Assembly (NCBI GenBank): GCA_951406725.2
Contig: OX597837.1
Coordinates: 16,554,001 to 16,618,000, forward strand
Direction of reading: 5' to 3'
DNA: 64,000 nt
Source: Octopus vulgaris
Lineage: Eukaryota
The stretch's first letter is position 1; the number at the start of each line of letters is the position of its first letter. A model generated the notes under the pieces. That model was not told the DNA's origin. It saw nothing but the letters and a program-made list of their open reading frames with translations, and ran no database searches. A program made the translations under genes and the position numbers. Positions 57,362 to 64,000 of the stretch are shown here, in pieces.

Positions 57362-59420
57362 TTTTATCTTTTACTTTCATCGGTTTTAGCTCAAAGCTGC
57401 GGCCATGCTGGGGCACCACCGTTTTGCTACTCTGTTATTATTGAGAGCCTTCTTGGATATGTGGCATTTGGTGAATAAGGAAGTTTGATGTCACTGCCCT
57501 CATTTGCGCCTCCTTACGCAAGGTAGGTTCTTCTGGGATTCTCGACAGGAAGAAATCCAGTTTTGTTTTGAAAACACCTACATCCACTTTTTGTAGGGCT
57601 CTCAAGCTCTTTGGGAGAACATTAAAAAGCTGTGGGCCCTTGAAAACTAGGCTGTTGCAGTAACTTGTCCTGAGGCGCGACGGCATTGTTTGGATCTTTG
57701 GCACTGTGTAGTAGTGACTTGTTCTGGCATTTGTGTAGCTTTCAATGCCAAAATTTGGTACAATCCCTTCCAGGATCTTCCAGATTACTGTATATCTCTC
57801 CTGCCTTTACTCTAGGGAGTAGAGTCTTAGCTGTTTCAGCCTTTCCCTGTAGTTGAGCTGTTTCAATGAGACAATCTTTGTGAAGCTTCACTGGATTGCT
57901 TCAAGGTCCGCTGTTAATTTTACACTGTGGGGTGGCTATAGTTTGGAGAAGTAGTCCAGGCGGCTGAGGATGAATGTCCTTCAGAGGAACCATCATGATT
58001 TCCTTTCTCTGGTTCTGAAGGTTCTCAGGATGCAGCCTACCAGCCGTTTGCTCCTTGTCGTCATCTTGGTAATGTGCACTTGGAAAGAGGTATAACTCAT
58101 CTTGATACCCAGATCATGTACTGATTTAGGCTCTGTGATTGTAATCGCCCCTGGGCCAGTGTACCTTCTAAGGTTTCCATTCAGTTTTGGGTGTTGGTAG
58201 CGCAGGGCTTGGAAGTTTCCAGCAGTCAACTACATATTATTGTCCTCAGCCCATCTGTAAATTGCGTCCAACTCCTGCTGCAGGCGTGCAACATTGCAAG
58301 GGCTTTGTAATATCTGCGAGACTTTTGTATCATCTGCGTAGCTAGCAAGGGTTGCTATCTGGGCAAATGAGGGGATATCTGAGAGGGCTACTATGAAAAG
58401 CATTGGTTCCAAGACTTTGCCCTGTGGAACACCACTAATTATTTGTGTTTCCTTTGAGGTGGCTCCATTGGCCACCACTTTCTGACTTCTATCTTTCAGA
58501 AAGTCATGTAACCACTCTCCAAGTTTTCCAGCCATGCCAAGATTGCGCAGTTTGTGACATATCATACCATGGTCAATTTTATCAAAAGCTTTTGCAAAGT
58601 TAAGGTATATTACATCCACATTTGAGGTGTTGAATAACTGCTTCATCACCCAGTCATGGTGCTGTAGGAGCTGGGTCAGGTAGCACCTACCTGGTCGAAA
58701 ATCATGCTGGGTATCACTCAGCAAGCCGTTTTCTTCAAGAAATGTGATTAATTTCCCTCTGACTATCAATTCCATGACTTTACTGATGTGTGAAGTCAGA
58801 GTGATAGGCCTATAATTTTTGGTATCTGCTCTGCTTCCTCCTTTATGGATTGGGCATATTATTCCCTTCTTCAGTTTGCTTGGCAGCTTGCCATTTACAA
58901 GAAAACTCTGGAAGAGAATCTGTAGTGGTTTTGCCAGGGTATGTTTGCACGATTTGAGGAAGATTGCTGGGAAACCATCAGGACTAGCGGCTGCGTTTGC
59001 ATCCACATCATATATGACTAGTATTATATCTTCTTCACTTATGTTGATGTAATTCATTGTAACTTCCTCTCTGGTTATAGGAGATGCAACAAAACAAAAA
59101 AAAAATTCGCTGGTTTGTTCACTTGTCTGTGTTCCAATGGGGCGGTAAAGACACTTTTGAACTGGTCAGTCAGTACCTCAATGATCCTGGTTCAGTTATC
59201 TGTGGCATCATCCTTCTGTAAAAGAGGTTCTATTTTGCAACATACTGAGGCTGTTTCTTTGATATAATGAAAGAAGGCCTTTGGGTTTGTCTTGATGTTT
59301 TTCATAACCCAAGCTTCTTTGTTTGCTCTCTCCTTCACATAAGATTATTGCAGGCTTTTTTCATTCTCCAACAGAGCTGTTATTAGGAGGACCTTTCATT
59401 ACTTTTGGGATGTTCTCCTG
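57362..59420 (-). mobile_element. CR1-group LINE (family Y), 5'-truncated, decayed RT
   Basis: ORF 58230-59057 NYRPITLTS, VIYLNFAKAFDKIDH, SGVPQG, YADDTK; downstream fragments 57993-58229 and 57438-57704; 3' end ggtggtgccccagcatggccgcagc. Confidence 0.95.
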
Positions 59421-60284
59421 ATATTTATTAATATAAATATATTCTTGGATTGATGCTTCAAAGGTGAAGATTTGTAGGGGTGGTTGTCCATGTCTGTTGC
59501 AAGCTTGATGATGCGCAATGAGTCTGGTTCTGGTCAAACATGCTTTACTGCAGAGGCTGCATGAGAAGGTAGGCTGATCAGGGCTGGTTTTAGTGTCCTT
59601 GTTTTTCTCCCCTTTACTCTTGTCTGCAAGGATAGTCCTGCAGGTGTCTTCAAAGGAGACTGTTTCCTGGTAGACAGTGAGATGCCAGGTTTCATAGTCA
59701 ATGGTATGAACAGACCACTGAAAATGATCAATGTAGCAAGCACCAAGGGGATTTCTTTGGAGAAGCCTTGTACCTCTGTTTTAGTGTTCCTTTATTACAG
59801 TGACTTGAAGAGAGTTTGTCATACAGTATGATCTTCTAAATCAAATAATTGTGGTATAAGCAAAATCCAGGTGATCACCTTGACAGCACACTGTGCAAGA
59901 ACTTGACTAGCAAAGTGTTCAAAGAGCAGTGTAAAGTTTATACCTTTTGATTAACCAAAGAATGATTGGTTATAATTCTGTCAGTTATTAAAGGAGCACT
60001 TTACCAATCCAAGGCATATATATCAAATAGTTATGTTATACATATATTTACATTTTGCCTATATGCCAGGTTTTTGGAAACGTCCATGCAAAACTTCTTG
60101 CATTTGCAAGTTCATTAGATAAGTTGATTGCGTATCACATTATAATGTCTGAAGAATTGAATAAACTCACACTTATTGCATAAAATAGCATAACTTTGTA
60201 TGTGATATGAAATAAGTGGAGTTTGTTCACAGAAACCTACATAACATTAATTTGACTTCTCTTTACAGCAATTAAAGTTACATA

Positions 60285-60329
<45 letters not shown>

Positions 60330-60383
60330 GAAATTTACTGCGTAAAAGTCAATACGATGAGTATTCCATCCAATGAGAGCTCA

Positions 60384-60544
60384 ATATTACTAAACGTTTC
60401 AGTTACATGTACTTATCCCCCTACAAGTAGTTTCCAGTATATGTGTACACTCATCAGGTGCTAATTGTGATTGGTGCCTGATGAACGTATACATGTACAG
60501 GAAAGTATTAGGAGAGTGATAAGTACATGCAGTTGAACTTTTAG

Positions 60545-60550
<6 letters not shown>
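60384..60550. ncRNA. imperfect palindrome, each arm with tandem hammerhead-like motifs (Penelope-like)
   Basis: The arms read cCTGATGA-stem-gGAAA...(G)TAgg followed by a decayed (c)tGATAA gtacatg...GAAAcgt. Confidence 0.55.
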
Positions 60551-60581
<31 letters not shown>

Positions 60582-60823
60582 AGAGATAGAATTATCTCTA
60601 CATGCAGATCACATTGAAGTGCTCAGTGTGACTGACTTATAGAAAAGTAGAGAAATACTAAAGATTGACAAAGGATAAGTTATCAAAATATATTCAGTTT
60701 TAAAGTCATATCCACCAAATTATATACTAAATATATATATATATAAATATACTCAAACTTTATTAAAAATACATTAAAAATATATGGGTTTAAATATATA
60801 TTAAAACTGCACAAAATATATAG

Positions 60824-60882
<59 letters not shown>

Positions 60883-61589
60883 CATATATAACAATATACA
60901 GTGACCTCCTTTGTGCTGTGAAAATGTGTGAGTGTCTTTATTTTATCAACCTGGGATGGATGAAAGGCAAATGAACATGTGGGGCTACATCTTAACTCTT
61001 ATAGTAAGGCAATATTTTTAATCCTTCTATGATATACAGCACATCCATTTCTGGTTTCTTTGAACTGTTGCTTTGTTGTATAAGAGGGTGTTACTAACTC
61101 CAAGTTCAACTCTCTGTCATTTTCAAGAGAGGAAGGGTTCTCCGGAACAGTTACAACAGACATGAAGAGAGAGAGAGGAGGGGAGGAGGTGTGAGCAGTG
61201 GTAGTGGTGGCAGGTTCAATAATAGTAAAGATTACGATGATAGGAAATGGTAGTGATTTAGACAAGCAGTATTGGTACAGAGTTGAGAGATTGGTAGATG
61301 AATATAGGCTAACAGATATAAAGTATGATTATACAGGTAGGCAGGCAGGTAGGCAGACAAACTGACAGACAGAAAGGGAGAGATAGATAGATGGATTGAC
61401 AAATAGGTCGGGAGCTAGACAAACAGATAGATTGATAGACACACACGCAAAAATGCTTGGTGTTAGAAAGGACATCCACCTGTAGAAACTATGCCAAAGT
61501 CTCCTATGATGATGATAATGATGATGATGACAGACAGATACACAGACAGACATGCAAAGAGACAGAAAGACTAACAGATAGCTAGCTAG

Positions 61590-61611
61590 TTAGCTAGATA
61601 AATAGATAAAC

Positions 61612-61684
<73 letters not shown>

Positions 61685-61722
61685 CATACATACATACATA
61701 CATACATACATACATACATACA
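61590..61722. repeat. (GATA)n/(CATA)n tetranucleotide microsatellite
   Basis: Direct reading. Confidence 0.95.
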
Positions 61723-61724
61723 TA

Positions 61725-62050
61725 ATGGTGGCTGCCCCCTTGTTATCGAGTATGGCCATTGCACGAAGCTTAATTGAACAATGCCTGTGCAAGAAGATTT
61801 GTTTTTAAGTGAGGAGAGACTGTGCACTGAGTCAATCCCACTCACTAAGCAACAGCAACCATAATCCGAAAAGAAGAACAAGTCAACATCATCGGTAACC
61901 ACTGAGCCACAGGTTTTATGTCGGAGTTATCCCAGTTACCTGAGTTACCTTCTCCTAGAAGGATGCCCTAACAAAGGCTAGGAGTCCTTCACTACCAATG
62001 GTTTAACCTCACGATCGGATATTCAGTCCGACTATTTCTATGTCCTCGCA
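61725..62050 (-). mobile_element. possible non-autonomous RTE derivative
   Basis: ccttctcctagaagg...aaggctaggag resembles RTE 5'UTR motifs; it is flanked by (CATA)n. Confidence 0.3.
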
Positions 62051-62867
62051 CATGCATGCATGCATGCATGCATGCATACATACATACATACATACATACA
62101 TACATACATACATACATACATACATACATACATACATACATAGTCCTTTCTAAGTAAAACCAAGCTCTTTTCCTTTATTTTCCTTGCCCTGTGAAAATAT
62201 ATTTAAATATATTTAAAGCAAAAAAGATAAAAGAAACACTGCAAGTGAGAAATGTCAAAAGTCTCAGCGAAGCAACCAATTTTCAAATAAACACATAAAT
62301 ACATATTTGAGGAAAAATTTATGGGACACTTGGTGTTTTTTTCTTGGTTGCCCTGTAGTTTAGCAGCACAAATCTTCTTCTTTCACATGCAAGAATAAAT
62401 CAGTTTTAAGCTAGTTACTTATATGCCTGTATGTGTGCGTGCATTTGTGAAATGTACACATACATGCCATGCCACTTAAGGGAGGATTACATATCCTGTC
62501 ATTGTGTGAGATGATGAAAAAATGGTTTTAAGAAACCTATTGTGTTCAGTTTGACATGAATCCCCAGCCACTGCCCCCACACACCACCACCACCACCACC
62601 ACCCACCACCACTGCCATCACTACTCTTCTATGGTTGCTCAATGTTGCTGCTCATTTCTTATTTGCCCAGAAGGGGGTTTATAACAGTTAGGTGATCTAT
62701 TCCTTTCCCTTGTTTTCATTGTTTATTACTGTACCTACTCTACTCACTACCTCCACACTAACCTATGACTCCTTTCTCTTTTTTCTTCAATAACTACTTC
62801 ACACATACTCATACAGTCCCTCTCTTTCCTCTCTCTCCCTCTCTCTTGCTTTAGGTGTGTATGTATG

Positions 62868-62943
<76 letters not shown>

Positions 62944-62947
<4 letters not shown>

Positions 62948-64000
62948 GTTGTCAAGAAAGTTCTTGCAGGTTTTTAACCTTTAAATTCAGATGCATATAT
63001 CTTGGATCAAACAAAACTTTATTAATCGAAATAAACACCATCAGAATCAACACACTTTTGCCAATGCAAAACAAGTTTATTTATGCCAGTAGCATAAGAA
63101 TCCTGCGTTCTGGCAGTGATGAAGTAGTTGAAGGTGTGTTTAGCATCGTCTTGGCTTTTGAAGCATTTCTCACGCAGGAAGTTGTCGAGATGCTTGAAAA
63201 AGTTGTAGACGGTAGGTGAGAGGTCTGGTGAGTATGGCAGATGAGGCAGAGTTTCATAGCCCACTTCATTCAACTTCTAGCTGGGTCAGTTCTGCGACGT
63301 GCGGCTGAGTGTTGTCGTGGAGAAGAATTGGTCCTTTTCTATTCACCAATGCTGGCTGTTGTTGTTGGAGTTTCTTTTGTATTTCATCCATTTGCTGACA
63401 GTACTTCACCGTAATGGTTTTGCCTGGATCCAAAAGCTGTGATGGATGAGACTGGTCGCAGACCACCAAACAGTCACCATGACCTTTTTTTGGTGCAACT
63501 TTGGCTTTGGGAAGTGCTGTAGAGCTTTGTCAGTGTCCAACCACTGAGCTGCATGTTAACAGTTGTTGTAAAGAATCTACTTTTCATCACAAGTCACAAT
63601 CTAGTCAAGAAAGGGTCATTCTTATTGTGTAAAAGAAGTGAAGACGACACTTCAAAACGGCATTTTTTTTGGTTCTTTTTCAATTCGTGTGGCACCCATT
63701 TCTCAAGTACTTTTGTTTTTCCAATCTCTTGGAAATTGTCGTATACATTATGTCTAATTCAGAAGCAAGCTCTCGAACAGTTGTGTGTGGATTGGCTTTG
63801 ACTAAGGCTCTTAGTTGATCGTTGTCAACATCCAATGGCCGACCACTATGCTTATCATCTTCAAGACTCTCGTCACCGCTATGACATTTCTTGAACCACC
63901 ATTGTGCTGTACTTTCATTAGTGGTTCCTGGGCTAAATGCATCATTGATATCGTGAGCTGTTTCAGCAGCTTTTCAGCCTAGCTTGAACTGGAATAAGAA
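62944..64000 (-). pseudogene. mariner (DD34D, Hsmar1/SETMAR-like) transposase relic running off the window end
   Basis: TA|ttaggttgtc TIR; GPILLHDNTQPH, LPHLPYSPDLSPT, GINKLVLHWQKCVDSDGVYFD; stops and frameshifts present. Confidence 0.93.

Noticed and set aside
63022-63469. SETMAR gene
   Set aside because: Only a decayed mariner transposase with a TIR is present; there is no SET domain.

Overview
This is AT-rich, repeat-dominated eukaryotic DNA, not prokaryotic. There are no operons, CRISPR arrays, rRNA genes or intact long protein-coding genes. The SINE/LINE repertoire and very long (TA)n tracts resemble an Octopus (coleoid cephalopod) genome; that assignment is inference. Most ORFs in the track are microsatellite translations (YIYI, CVCV) or decayed transposon genes. 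Recognisable decayed elements are a BovB-like RTE LINE, a second RTE family (three or more copies), CR1-group LINEs, an R4/Dong RLE-type LINE, a Gypsy integrase fragment, three solo LTRs, mariner and maT transposase relics, Helitron ends plus a Rep fragment, Penelope-like remnants with hammerhead ribozyme motifs, a Merlin-like foldback element with an 8-bp TSD, and many tRNA-derived SINEs. Host-gene evidence is limited to several strong minus-strand splice donors in CpG-richer patches (about 20.7, 28.9, 39.8 and 49.7 kb), two of them ending exactly in ATG|GTAAGTAT. This suggests the 5' region of a gene with alternative first exons. Coordinates were read by eye; ends without a TSD or terminal motif are approximate.
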